Source of the DNA: Mizuhopecten yessoensis
Taxonomy: Eukaryota
NCBI RefSeq assembly: GCF_002113885.1
Contig: NW_018408493.1
Coordinates: 1,027,249 to 1,091,248, forward strand
DNA: 64,000 nucleotides
Reading direction: 5' to 3'
Part shown: one piece after another, positions 51,931 to 63,661 of the stretch
Layout of the letters: every line of letters starts with the position of its first letter
How positions within the stretch are numbered: position 1 is the first letter of the stretch
Made by a program: the position numbers and the translations under genes
The notes under the pieces: model-generated
The model's database searches: none
The model's input: the letters and a program-made list of their open reading frames with translations, nothing else
Told to the model about the DNA's origin: nothing

Positions 51931-52428
51931 CTGAATGTCAAGTCAATACAGAAAACTGAAGAAAGCACGCTGGCTACGAAGGATTCTAGACAAAGCGACC
52001 ATTATCAATAGAACTGTAGAATGTCTTGTAAATTAAGTAAGTTTTGTACACGTCATAATGTAGTACCTTGGTATAGTGTAGCTGGGGTTTTTAAAGGCAT
52101 AGTGTTAAATTACATTTCTCCCACAACCACTGTAGGTTTCCTCACTTATGACTCATTGGATAAACCTGCTAGAAGTTGTTAACATTCAACAATTGGGTAA
52201 CACCTTGGACGTGATTTCATTGGTCAATCTTTGATTTATGACGTAACGTAACAATGCTTTTCGACGTCATTTTCCATTGTGACGCCAGGCAACATGGCAA
52301 TCGTTTCCCCCATCGGAAACACACATGATGTATTTTCCAAGGGGGAAAATGTGGAGTTGGGGGGGGGGGGGTTCAGATGAAATACGAACATTTTGGGAGT
52401 TATAGGTCCCCAAACTCGTGATGACTAC

Positions 52429-52544
52429 TTATCACATTTATCTAACTCTCGTTAGTTAATTTTCAAATTGTAAGAAACACTCTGGCACCTCGTGTCTTCA
52501 TACAATTTAAAGATTAACTAACTCGAGTTAGATAAACATAATAA
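52429..52544. repeat. Imperfect inverted repeat
   Basis: TTTATCTAACTC..GTTAGTTAAT..AAATTGTA pairs with TACAATTT..ATTAACTAAC..GAGTTAGATAAA. Confidence 0.65.
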
Positions 52545-52563
52545 CCAACCATTACTTGTTGGG

Positions 52564-52899
52564 CATCCTCGACATCCAGGGGTTACGGTCATTTACGCTC
52601 TCTACACTCCTGGAATATGTCATAGCAAAATTGAAGACTTAGTGTGCGCCACCTTGTTGAAGAAGGAAAGTTCGACCCTTTGATGTACATCAAAAGAATC
52701 TCGCGATCACGTAACGGTAGCTTTCAAGGCGGGCGTCTCTCCTTTGTAATCTTCAAAGGACAGGTATCAGCCTAGTGATTGTTCAGTGTTTTTTTCCTGA
52801 GACCAATCAAATAGCTATCTTCGTGCCTTCAATTTTGCTATGACATATTCCAGGGGTGCAGAGAGCGAAAGTGAGCGTAACCCCTGGATATCGACGATG
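52564..52899. mobile_element. MITE with about 73-bp TIRs (CATCCTCGACATCCAGGGGTTACG...) and 9-bp TSD (Mutator-like)
   Basis: TIRs directly visible; flanks CTTGTTGGG / CTCGTTGGG. Confidence 0.85.
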
Positions 52900-53448
52900 C
52901 TCGTTGGGGAACCTCTATGTATCACATCAACTGCAAACAAAGGCTATTGACTTTAAGACGACATCACATAAGTCAATTAAATTTATTTTGTGAAACACCT
53001 AGTGAGAGTTTGAGTAAATTCATGTACCAAAGTTGTCTCCTGATGGTATCCATTTCATTATCACAACGTCCATTTCGTCAATCAAATGGTTATTTGATTG
53101 TTAGAAATAGTCGGTGATAGATGATCCTGATATGCGCGTTTAGTCAGTCTTTTCAAATTTTCATCAACTTTCTGATTCTGTTTATTTGGACTGTTACACT
53201 TCTTCTGGTTACTATTCTGCTGTCTTCCCTTAACCAGGCTCTTTCTCGGTCGATCAATCGAGATCATAATCAAAAGTGCTCTCCAGCACGCACTGACCAA
53301 TTCTTGATTTTGTTGGTATGATTTTGGGACGACAATAGTGGAGTTGCTGGAGATTCACCAAACGATTCGTAACAGCTGTTATGACCTTTTAGGGAACTTC
53401 TCATTTTAATAGTTCAATGACTCTTGTAGAAGGAACCTCAACAGTCTA

Positions 53449-53742
53449 ATGAGTGTTGGTATCCATCCAGGCGGATTGAATCCTCTCAAAAGTGCGCAAC
53501 TCATTAAAGCATTTATCATACCAGGTGTTATTTACGGATGTGAACTTTGGGCAAATGCTACGCAGAAGTCCATTGATATGTTAAATAGAACCATGCGGTA
53601 TGCTGCACGAAGATGCCAGGGTTTTGAGAAAACTTCGTCGTCGGCCATAACTACCAGAGCTATTGACTTACCTGATGATTTATGGTCTGATGTAGAAATC
53701 AGAAAACTGTACCTTTGGAACAAACTGTGTAATGCTAAATTA
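53449..53742 (+). mobile_element. LINE ORF2 C-terminal fragment
   Basis: IIPGVIYGCELWAN...RYAARRCQG resembles the post-RT region of non-LTR ORF2; truncated at N 53743. Confidence 0.6.
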
Positions 53743-53879
53743 NCATATGTAGTAAACCTACTTACTGTTCTCACTGCAATACTTTGGATAAAAACCTTTC
53801 GGCTTTTCCCAATCTTTTTTCCTTTGCATCTCGCATGTGACGATATAAACCAACAAAGAATCATGTTCAACATTTAATG

Positions 53880-54200
53880 AATCACTTCTAAATTCACATG
53901 TTTCTGGCTTTGTTTCTAGGGGTATATTTGTCCATATGTTCCGAAATGCTGTCTCCATCTGAGCCTTCGTGGTGATGTTATGTGTCACTTTTTGCAGTTC
54001 AAGTTTAATTTTACGCCACATATTTTCAATTATATTTAAATCTTGACTGTGTGTCGGCCATTCCATACGGTACCATGAAGTTGATTTTGTTCCATGTACT
54101 CTTTCACAGAATTAGCTGTATGGACCGAAATGATGAGCAATAACTGGCCAAACAAAATTGTCAACTATCTCAATATATTAATATTACCAGTTACAACAGT
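53880..54200 (-). mobile_element. Tc1/mariner transposase remnant
   Basis: MEWPTHSQDLNIIENMWRKIK matches the Tc1 WP..SPDLNPIEN.W catalytic-domain motif. Confidence 0.75.
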
Positions 54201-55433
54201 AACATGGACAGATAGCCAAATGAATGGACAGATCTATTGAAAAGTAATTGAAATGACAAAAACATCAAGTGATCCGGACAAAGGTTGCAAAAAATGAGCG
54301 TTAGTCACGAGACTCGGTCACAAAACGCAAGTCTGTCTTACCAGAATATAAACGTTCAGAGAATTTGGAGACCGCAGGTAAAAACTGGAAGTTATTCTCT
54401 GAATAAAATATTACACTGTGTTGACGCCAAACCAGTTAGCAAGCAGGACGCCACATGATGTGACATCATACACTGTAATAGACGGAAGCATAAAAAAGGG
54501 GAAACTGGTTTGATAGCAGGCCAAGGGACTACCATGAAATGAGTAGTTCAAATGAAATCTCCTTTTTTATTTTCCATTAAAATGTTGAACAGTTTATGTT
54601 TGGTCGTGGGTTCACAGTTTATGTGACGAAAATGTCCGCATGGCTAGAATGTACCTATGTAACATCTTATTAGAGAAATGTTTCGTTATTATAGGTAAAC
54701 ACCTCGTATTGTTTCTATAATACTTATCGTCATCTGCTCGATCTAGACCGATGGTCTTTAAGCAAGTATGTGTGCCTTAAAAACATCAGTAAAAATGAAA
54801 AAATAATTAATTCCTACTAATAATTGTTTATGTAGTAGCTTCAAAAGTTAACACAGGCTTACAATGTCTATTTCTGATTTATCAAATATTAAAAAATGCA
54901 AGTAACTTTTAAAGAGTGGTCTTTTGTCTTTTATATTACTATAAAGAATGAAGGATTTTGATCTGGTAGAAAATACCTCTCAAAATGTTGTGTGCTCCTC
55001 TTTAAACCAATCCCTTAATGGATTTACGCAAGGAGCTTCTGTTATTTTAAGTAAAGCATATCCAGCAAAACAGGACTTATTAATTTCTTGAATAAGAAAG
55101 TATATTTTCATTAAGAAGCGGAATAGCCTGGCATATAATATGCAGATCTAAGATTATGGAATTTTAATGATTCGTTACATAAATAAGTTCATGTGCATAA
55201 TTTCCTTGATACACATAAACATGGGTGAAGAGAGTTCATCAAAATCAAAATTGTAGTGTAAATAAATACATGTGGCAATGCCCTTTTATTTGAATTATAT
55301 GAAAGTATGCCAAACGTTGTAATTTATATAAGCATAATACACAAACTCCGTTTTTTTGGGTGTTTTTTTTATCAAATAATACATTTATGAGATAAAGATG
55401 ATTTGGAATGTTAAATGGATGCGAGGCACTCGG

Positions 55434-55542
55434 CTATGATATCCAGTAGATGACCGTTTGTATGGAATGGGCGGGAACAACATTACCGTTTATAGAGCCA
55501 ATCTCGGCGTCAAAGACGCTTAACGTTACGTCATCGTCGGAC
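55434..55542 (-). CDS. GBA: GBA terminal exon (absent from ORF track)
   Basis: [35 protein letters not shown]. Confidence 0.85.
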
Positions 55543-58500
55543 CTAGAAAGGAAAACAGTCGATTGTTATTTTGTATTTAAAAGCGTCAGGGTCATGAATT
55601 AAACAGTAGCTCTGGAAAATAGATGGGTATTTTTACAGAACGCAAATCCGAATGGTTGGATCGTCTCCAAAGCTGGAAGCATACATTCAATATGGCCCTG
55701 ACGAAAGGCAAGAGCCCTAAAACATTTTCAAGTGTACTTCATTCTACGGATATGATATTTATGCATCCAGAAACAAAACAAAAAAATAAAGGTAGGTTTG
55801 TTTAAGCGTCCGGAAATAGAGAATATGGATTATAAAAATCGGACAAGCGAGGTACATGTTAGTCATTCTCCAAGTTCCCGTTATGTGGTGTGACATAACT
55901 TGAATTTGACTTATATCTATTTTGCAACACGGGTGTCGACAACGAAGCAGACGACCCTTACCCTTTTTGACTGAACATTTGGTCTAATTTTCCATTTACT
56001 TTTTCAAGACCTTCCGTGTAATTATTTCCTTTGTTCATACTTCGCCCAAGTTTTATCGAATTTGAGTTTGAATTGCTGTTTTGTTCATAAATATTCTCTT
56101 GCGGTATTCTCTTGTTATTTTACATCCTAGTGTAACTTCAGGGGGTTACACTCACTTTTGCTCTCTGCACCCTTTCGAATTTTTTATTGCAAAGTTGAAA
56201 GCACGCGACTAGTTATTTGATTGGTTGCAGGTAAAACAAATCCTCACTAATCGTCAGGCTGATGCTTTGTGCTTTAATTTACATCAAAGGATCAAACTCG
56301 TCTTCTCGACGCATTCACAAGGGGGTCACATTGAGCCTTTGATTTTGCTATGACATATTCCAGGGGTGTAGAGAGCGAAAGTAAGCGTAGCCCCTGGAGT
56401 ATCGAGGATGGTTATTTAACTGTGTACTTACATGTTTAGCAGTATGATGACGACGGAGTTATCCTGTAGAAGAAATCCCTCACACTTCAGTGCGGTAGAA
56501 CCATACACAGAGAGAGATATTCTGGTAGAGCCGGGGGGAAGGAATTTACTGCAAAAAAGACAGTACTCGGTTTACAATGTGAAATATGAGGCAAACAAAA
56601 AAACAGAAGATTTTGTTAAATTCAGCTTACTAGAAGAAATATGTTTTACTTTCTTTCAGTGGAAATTAAATGTAAATACAAGTGGCTAAATATGAGAGGA
56701 AAAGACACAATTATGTTACGTCATCAACAGTAGGTGTCAACGGAGTTAACCTTTTTTCGCGCCATTTTGATGTAACGTCAACCTCTTTTGACATAAATAA
56801 AAAAAAAAATGTTGAACACTGTGACACTTCAAGGTAAAGCAAACTTCCGAGTCTTGGGGATCTTGACCGAAACAACACGGATTTAAACCTCAGGTTTCGC
56901 GTAATGATTCAGTTAAGATCCAAATCCAACAATTGAAATTTTCGTGATGCGCAAACTTTGTCCATCTCGCCGTAACAAAATGGAATCAGTTCACGTCAGG
57001 TTTCTTAGTATTCGAAGCGGAATCCAACTTCTGTTCTGGAAACTTAACTGAAACTGGGGTTTTCGGCTGTGGAATCCTGAATTTATCCTGACTGCGAATT
57101 CTGCAACTTGATATTTATGGAGTTGCTATTCTGACTGAAACATGGTTTTCTAAAACCAAACATCTGAGAGAGATTTCAGCTTTCATCAACTGTGTCGATC
57201 TAACCGAGCCCCAACTAAAACCTAGGTTTCCGCATCAGAATCTTAGCGGACTTTTAATGTTTCCGCTTCACACTTATCTAAAACCCTATACATTATGTAA
57301 ATTACATAATAATAATATTAATAATTCGAGGTTATTGTTTACCTCTTTATCACAACCAAGTTTGTAGGTCGTCTCAAAGCGGTTCACAAATTATTATCCG
57401 TGGTCATAGGGCCTTTGCAACCAGCCAAATCTTTCTCAACTCCCTGGGGAGCATGCGTGCCTCCATAAATTATACTTTCCTGTATAGAACAATGAAGTTG
57501 CCGAACCTCTATTTTGGGGCAGGCTTCTGGTTATTCAGTCTTATATCTTACGTTTGAAATTAGTATTGCTAAGCTTTCTTAATTCATGGCATAGAGGAAC
57601 TTAAACTTCGGAATTGAACACAACTTTTATGCAAAATACAGGGCCATTGTGAGTACATTTTACATATTTTTAATTTTTTGAAGTTTTTGTCATAGGTCTT
57701 CATCCCCATGAGAAACGTGAAAGAACTTCATGTACATGTATATGAAAATTATTTTACATGCACATTGTATAAATGTTTGGTACACAGTTTTACGTGGTTA
57801 GGATGGCCAAACTGCTAATTGTCTGTATTTCCAATTGTCCATTAATGAGTTTGAATATAAAATGTGCCCAATGGCCACTACTGATCACCGATACTTCTTA
57901 AGTCGAACCATTGAAGATTTTATACTTGCACAAACTTGAACATGATTCTGGTATGGATTGGTAACATCACGGACCATTCAAAGTGAGGCGGAATTACATT
58001 GACCTTTCGGGGTCACATTGTTGTTCGTGACGTCATTAACAATCGATTTCATGACACGTCAAAGTCAGCTGGCATCATTGACGTAATTAAAAGTCGCAAT
58101 ACGGGCCTCATTTAAGGATTTACCTGCATTTTGACGGCGTATACGGTAGTATAAGCGCAGTTGGCAACGAACATATTCTATATGTTGTCTGTTAGCGCTC
58201 CATAAAGAATATGTTCGTTGCCAACTGCGTTCATACTACCGTAAACGCCGTCAAAACGAAGGTCAATCCTCATACTATTTTAACATCATAAATAATGGTC
58301 AAATGCTATACAAAGAAAAAAACATGCGAAGTGGGTCGCTACGATGGTAACTACGGTAGCCGTGGTTGCTAGGATAATATAGTTCCAGTGAATCTACATC
58401 GATATATAGGTAAATTTAGAAAATACGCAGTGAACAACACTGTTTTTCTTCTTTTCGTTGCCTTTAAAATCTTAATAAAATGTATTCATTTATAACGGTC

Positions 58501-61500
58501 GTCATGTACGTGCATTAACACAGTGCTCTGGGAGTGACGCGGTCGAACAGGAAGCCGCCATTGTTTACTTTGCCGTCAAAGAATTTTGAATGTGCATCCC
58601 TTTTTTGTATCATCAGACATAATGGACACCGAATATGTTCCATGTTTCTATATGTTGAGTGAACCAAACTATGGCTGTCATCGAACAGTTATCTCGCTGA
58701 AGCGAGAACAGTGCCATATTTGAAACATGGTATCAATCTGCCGAGCCTTTTTTGCGTATACACAGTCAGGGTTTACTACACTGAAGATGGACGAGATGTA
58801 AATATATGCTAATGAGAACTTTGCGGACGATATATCGTGATTGTACTGTCGCAAATCATTTCAATTGGCCAATCAAATGTTACATCTCAAATGAATCAGA
58901 TTATCAAGAATTTAAAATTGTATATTTCTATCTCCTCGAAAAATATTTTATCATAAAAATATGCAGTTGGAATGATCTTGATCAACTTTGAGACCTCACC
59001 TAAAGTGTCCAAGGGCATAAAACATTGGTTGTTTATAGAATTCATCAGTTTCCGCGTTCACAATAATCGGACTGTCGACAAAATTTCTGACCCAGTTAGG
59101 ACCGCCTTCCATGTTTAGGGCTATATTCCAATCCGTCCATCCTGTCACCCAGTGTCCAAGGTCCTGGAGACACAAAATGTTCTGTACATGTATCATTGAA
59201 TAAAATGTCTGCGTGCTTTTCAGAAAAAAACGCATTTCAAAAGAATTTATAAAGTAAGCAATTCTGATAAAAATTCTAATTGTCTATTCAAAGCAATTGT
59301 AATCCAATTATTTATTTCGTTTCTATATTAAATGGAAAGCATTTAAAAAATGAAAGCAGTTATTGAGTTCACTATTATTATTAATTTCATAGAAGTTCCG
59401 ATGTTTCTAAAACAAAGGACACCACTGGAAGCCGTGTCAGACCTGCAGTCATGTCTTCACTGTTGCAAGAAGGAGAGAATGTACCAGCTTCACGAAAATT
59501 AAACCAACTGTATGGCCAATTGTAGTCCGAATTTTTCTGACGTTTTATGGACTTTTTTTTATATCAGTCTGGCGTCGATAAAAAACATGGGTTGGTATAG
59601 AAAACGTTGGAAAATACTGTTCGGAATGATCTTTGAAACATGTTATTGATACCACCTAGTGCATAAAGAATAGATCTTTCGATCCATGTGCGATATGTGT
59701 GTGAAAGTGACGATTTGTTTCTAAAATATCTGTTTGAAGAGCGACCCTGGCGCGGGTCGCTTATTTCCCGCATGTTATAGAGGGCCGGAGTTCTGACGTT
59801 AATCGACGCCAGACCGATATTAAAAAAGTCGATAAAACGTCAGAATAATTCAGACTAGGTCAATTGAGACTCCGGAAGCGTGGCAAACGCCTGTTGCTTC
59901 CCGAATTTTTGTAATCAAACCGCGAAAGTGACAGTAACAGTAATTAGTAATTGTTTTTAATTATAGTACAACATATTTTTATATTACAAACGATTTCTGT
60001 TGGCAGTTTCATTATTGAAATTGACCAACAAAATTGAATGATACATGTCAAATTGTCATCTTGTTCCCTAGATGACTAGTCGTCTTCATGTCATTCATTT
60101 AATGATTTTTAATCGCCATCTCCTTCAAATGTCTACTTTGGACGACAAGTAAAACTCATATCGTCCACTTGACAACTGTGATAGACCCCAACTTGTCTCA
60201 ATTGTCTATTCCGATAACTCATAAAATGGCATCTTGTCCAGAAGACGACCTTATAGCTGTCGTTTCGTCCCCAGATGCCTCCTATTGGGAACAAAAGGAA
60301 AATTACAGCTCTACTACTTGAGAACACTTATACCTAACGGACACACGTACAAAACAGTACCTCAAGTATATCCCTGGCGTAGCTTTCCGCTCGGGACCAG
60401 TCTCCGAGTCGGACCGCCTTTAATGGAGATCCGGGAATCCCGTCCACACACGCCTCGGTTCCGAATATATACTGTTCTGGAAACTGACCGTGTGTGTCAT
60501 CAAGGAATGACGGCGGTACCAACCGATCTGTGTACCAATGAACGGCGATACCGGATACGTACTTCTGTGCAGCCGGGTCAGACAGGACCTGGTGAAATTA
60601 GAATGAATATCAATCTTTATTGACAGACAAATTTGGATTATTCTTTGATGGAGATACAGCTTATAGCGCTTGAAGCATAAACAAATATAATAATATACAT
60701 ATCCTATCCGGACCATATAGCATACAATGTACTTCATTCTTTGCTGATGATATGAGAAACTATAGGGTATAGTAAAACTTCGCCATACTGCCACCAGCTG
60801 TCCAGTGAAATTTTGGCGTTATAAAGGGGTTTAATGATAAATCGAGGGAAAGGTATAAAGGATTTCTAATGGAAACGAGAAAAAAGGACATTAAAATATG
60901 TTGGCAGTAAACTACGGGCATTGTATCGAGGTTTGAACCCACATCCCACCATTACCAAGAACAAAACAATCACAAACTGACCCTAACGTGTACCACGTGT
61001 TGAGTCATCTTACCACAAAGGTCCAGTAAGGCATCAGGGCTCGCTGTCCGTCCAATATCATCAGATCCACACTACCGTGACCTCGTTCCTCCAATAAGGG
61101 GCCAAGATCTTTTATGATAAAGTCTCTTTGTTGCTCGGCGGTCCAGCCCATGGCTTGGAAGGTAAAATTCTTTATCCTCCCATCTGATGGTTCGTTCTGT
61201 GCTGTCAATCCCCAAATGGAAATGTTGTGACTCGCATACGCTTCAATAAATCTGGTGGCCAAAAGTATATTTTAATGTAAAATGTTACAGATCTTGTAAG
61301 ATGTGAAAGTGTTATCTCCCTTTTAGTATAGTGATTTTTTTTATAATGAGTTCAATTTTTAGCCTTTCAAAAGTGTCATTTTTTGTGTACCTTTTTATAA
61401 GTGTCACCAGTTCTTGTGTACCTTTCAAATGGGCCATCATTATTGTATGTATACTTTTCAAAAGCGTCATCAATTAGATTGTTCCTTTCCAAATTGTCAT

Positions 61501-63069
61501 CAATTTTTGTGTACCCTTAACAAATGTGTCATCAATTCATTACTGAGAAAACATCACCAAACATTAAAGATGTTTTACATGTTTTTTAGAGCAGAACTCT
61601 TTTGGAAAGAAGATTAATGTCACAATGAGGCCAGTAGCATAAATCCTTGAATAACATTTATACATATAAATGCATGTACATTTTAACGAATTATAAATAA
61701 ATTACGATCAAGCCTTTTCGTGATTGAAAGCGGTGCCTGAAAACGATTAATCAATTGGCTACATAATTGTTGCAGTATATTCGATTTGATAATATAATAC
61801 TCGCAAAATTTTATGAGATTAAACTTGGGAGAAAATGCATGTATTCTGGATTTGTGTTTTGAAATTTGCTTCTTAAACGTGCGAAGTGCATGCAATAGTT
61901 CGTGTAGCTAACAATATGGGATATTTGCTGATCAACTTATAAAATGGCCCCTTTATTTAATTCTATATTTAAGTTGCCATTTACAAGGTGTATCTTTTGG
62001 TTTACATTTGGCAAACCAAATCACACATTATACAGGCAGCACTTACTTTGCAAAATACAGGGCCCACGTTTTGAAGTATTTTCCACCAGGTTCACCAATG
62101 AGCGACCCTTTCCCTGTCATGGACTGGTCAGTTTTCATCCACGCAGGGGCGCTCCACGGGCTGCCAAACACGCGGACCGGCCGTCCCAGGGACAGGGCTT
62201 TCTGCAGGAACGGGATCTGTTTGGAACAAAAGGGGAAATTCATACTTTAGGAATGTCTCTTTCACTATTTGGTTATATATTTTCTGTGTTAGGAGATATT
62301 TTTCATAAACATTTCTTTCATTCTTATGTTTATTTATTATGTTTTTATTAGGATTTTTATTATAATTATAATACGTTTTTATTGTGTTTTTTAATATGTT
62401 CATATTCAGATATCCACAATGTATTTTTCTTGATGTCACGAATCACAGGAGACATTAATTAAATGAAGCTAAGCCTAGTAGAAAAATTCCAGTAGCACAA
62501 CCAGTGACATGTTTAAAGTGTTTATACTGTACGTCACGTTTCGATGACTAGGACAACTGTGTACTCTGTCACCGTCATCAGACATACCGTACATACAAAA
62601 TGTACCGTCCTAGTCATCAAAACGTCACACATAAACGTATAAATGGTTGTGCTACAGGAACCTTTCTACAGTTCACATTTACGAACACGAAGAAAATGTT
62701 TAGAAAATTAAGACGAAACAATATATTTTTTCCGTTTTTTATGTATTTCACAATAACTGTTATTCTAAAAAAAATATTGTAGATTAAAGTATATTAAGAA
62801 AACGTTTGTATCTGAAGGGAGGGGAAATCACTGACAACTACAAGACAAACAGTGACAAGCGTGTTCCCTCTTGACACCCGTAATTGTATCACCTACATGT
62901 GTTTTGGTGACAAAACTTCTAACAAAGAAATATACCTTGTATTTGAGATCTTCTGGTGCTAGAGAAAACTTGGTCAAGTTGAAATCGTTTGCCGTGTCGT
63001 CATAGGAGTATTCTCGCGTGGAGAAATCACAGCTCGCCATTGGTACTCTAGCGACATTGTACTCAATAC
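55434..63069 (-). CDS. GBA: Lysosomal acid glucosylceramidase (GH30), 3' seven exons; the 5' part lies beyond the window end
   Basis: Exons 63069-62936 ([10 protein letters not shown]), 62216-62047 ([11 protein letters not shown]), 61251-61014 (AQNEP acid/base), 60588-60361 (IAVHWY..GTEAC nucleophile), 59163-59000 ([24 protein letters not shown]), 56548-56432 (SKFLPPGS), 55542-55434 ([11 protein letters not shown]); all phases compatible. Confidence 0.95.
56123..56410. mobile_element. Second MITE of the CATCCT-TIR family, 9-bp TSD, in the last GBA intron
   Basis: Left CATCCT..CAGGGGGTTACACTCACTTTTGCTCTCTGCACCC; right TTTTGCTATGACATATTCCAGGGGTGTAGAGAGCGAAAG..TCGAGGATG; flanks GTTATTTTA / GTTATTTAA. 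Confidence 0.8.
56432..56548 (-). CDS. GBA: GBA penultimate exon (absent from ORF track)
   Basis: [13 protein letters not shown]...[10 protein letters not shown]. Confidence 0.88.
57330..57463 (-). mobile_element. Internally deleted copy of the 39410-39726 SINE
   Basis: Shares TCTCAAAGCGGTTCACAAATT..CCGTGGT.ATAGGGCCTTTGCAACCAGCCAA..GGGA.CAT, then jumps to the head terminus CGTGCCTCC. Confidence 0.7.
58115..58270. mobile_element. 156-bp foldback palindrome
   Basis: TTTTGACGGCGT.TACGGTAGTAT..CGCAGTTGGCAACGAACATATTCT pairs with AGAATATGTTCGTTGCCAACTGCG..ATACTACCGTA.ACGCCGTCAAAA. Confidence 0.8.
59000..59163 (-). CDS. GBA: GBA exon
   Basis: [31 protein letters not shown]. Confidence 0.95.
59523..59857. 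mobile_element. MITE with about 57-bp TIRs and 9-bp TSD (Mutator-like)
   Basis: TAGTC.GAATT.TTCTGACGTTTTAT..TCTGGCGTCGAT / ATCGACGCCAGA..ATAAAACGTCAGAA.AATTC.GACTA; flanks GGCCAATTG / GGTCAATTG. Confidence 0.8.
60361..60588 (-). CDS. GBA: GBA exon with catalytic nucleophile
   Basis: GIAVHWY...IFGTEAC...[16 protein letters not shown]. Confidence 0.93.
61014..61251 (-). CDS. GBA: GBA exon with catalytic acid/base
   Basis: [12 protein letters not shown]...[11 protein letters not shown]. Confidence 0.95.
62047..62216 (-). CDS. GBA: GBA exon
   Basis: [13 protein letters not shown]...YFKTWALYF. Confidence 0.95.
62936..63069 (-). CDS. GBA: GBA exon
   Basis: [25 protein letters not shown]...EDLKYK. 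Confidence 0.95.
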
Positions 63070-63104
63070 CTGAAATGTCAGAAAGCCATCGCTACTGAGT
63101 TGAC

Positions 63105-63661
63105 CATCCTCGACATCCAGGGGTAACGCTCACTTTCGCTCTCTACACCCCTGGAATCATACTCGACATCCAGGGGTTACCCTCACTTTCGCTCTCTACA
63201 CCCCTGGAATCATCCTCGACATCCAGGGGTTACGCTCACTTTCGCTTTCTGCGCCCCTGGAATCATCCTCGACATTCAGGGGTTACGCTCACTTTCGCTC
63301 TCTGCACCCCTGGAATCATCCTCGACATCCAGGGGTTACGCTCACTTTCGCTTTCTGCGCCCCTGGAATCATCCTCGACATTCAGGGGTTACGCTCACTT
63401 TCGCTTTCTGCACCCCTGGAATCATACTCGACATCCAGGGGTTACGCTCACTTTCGTTCTCTGCACCCCTGGAATCATCCTGGACATTCAGGAGTTACGC
63501 TCACTTCGTTCTCTGCACCCCTGGAATCATCCTCGACATCCAGGGGTTACGCTCACTTTCGCTCTCTGCACCCCTGGAATCATCCTCGACATTCAGGGGT
63601 TACGCTCACTTTGCTCTCTGCACAGAGCGAAAGTGAGCGTAACACCTGGATATCGAGGATG
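63105..63661. repeat. 53-bp tandem array derived from a MITE TIR, ending in an inverted copy
   Basis: Units start at 63105, 63158, 63211, 63264, 63317, 63370, 63423, 63476, 63528, 63581; the unit matches the first 53 bp of the TIR at 52564; the last unit folds back. Confidence 0.93.

Noticed and set aside
53449-54066. A single chimeric LINE-Tc1 gene or element
   Set aside because: The two remnants are on opposite strands and meet at an N (53743), so their adjacency is unverified
60234-62351. Plus-strand ORFs of 129 aa and 135 aa
   Set aside because: Antisense to conserved GBA exons
6730-63069. Functional cluster linking the Ig protein, GPCR, SRCR receptor and GBA
   Set aside because: Mixed orientations, separate promoters and no shared regulatory signal visible; adjacency alone is not evidence without synteny or co-expression data
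63105-63661. CRISPR-like array of palindromic repeats
   Set aside because: Units are head-to-tail with no unique spacers, there are no cas genes, the context is a eukaryotic intron, and the unit is a MITE TIR
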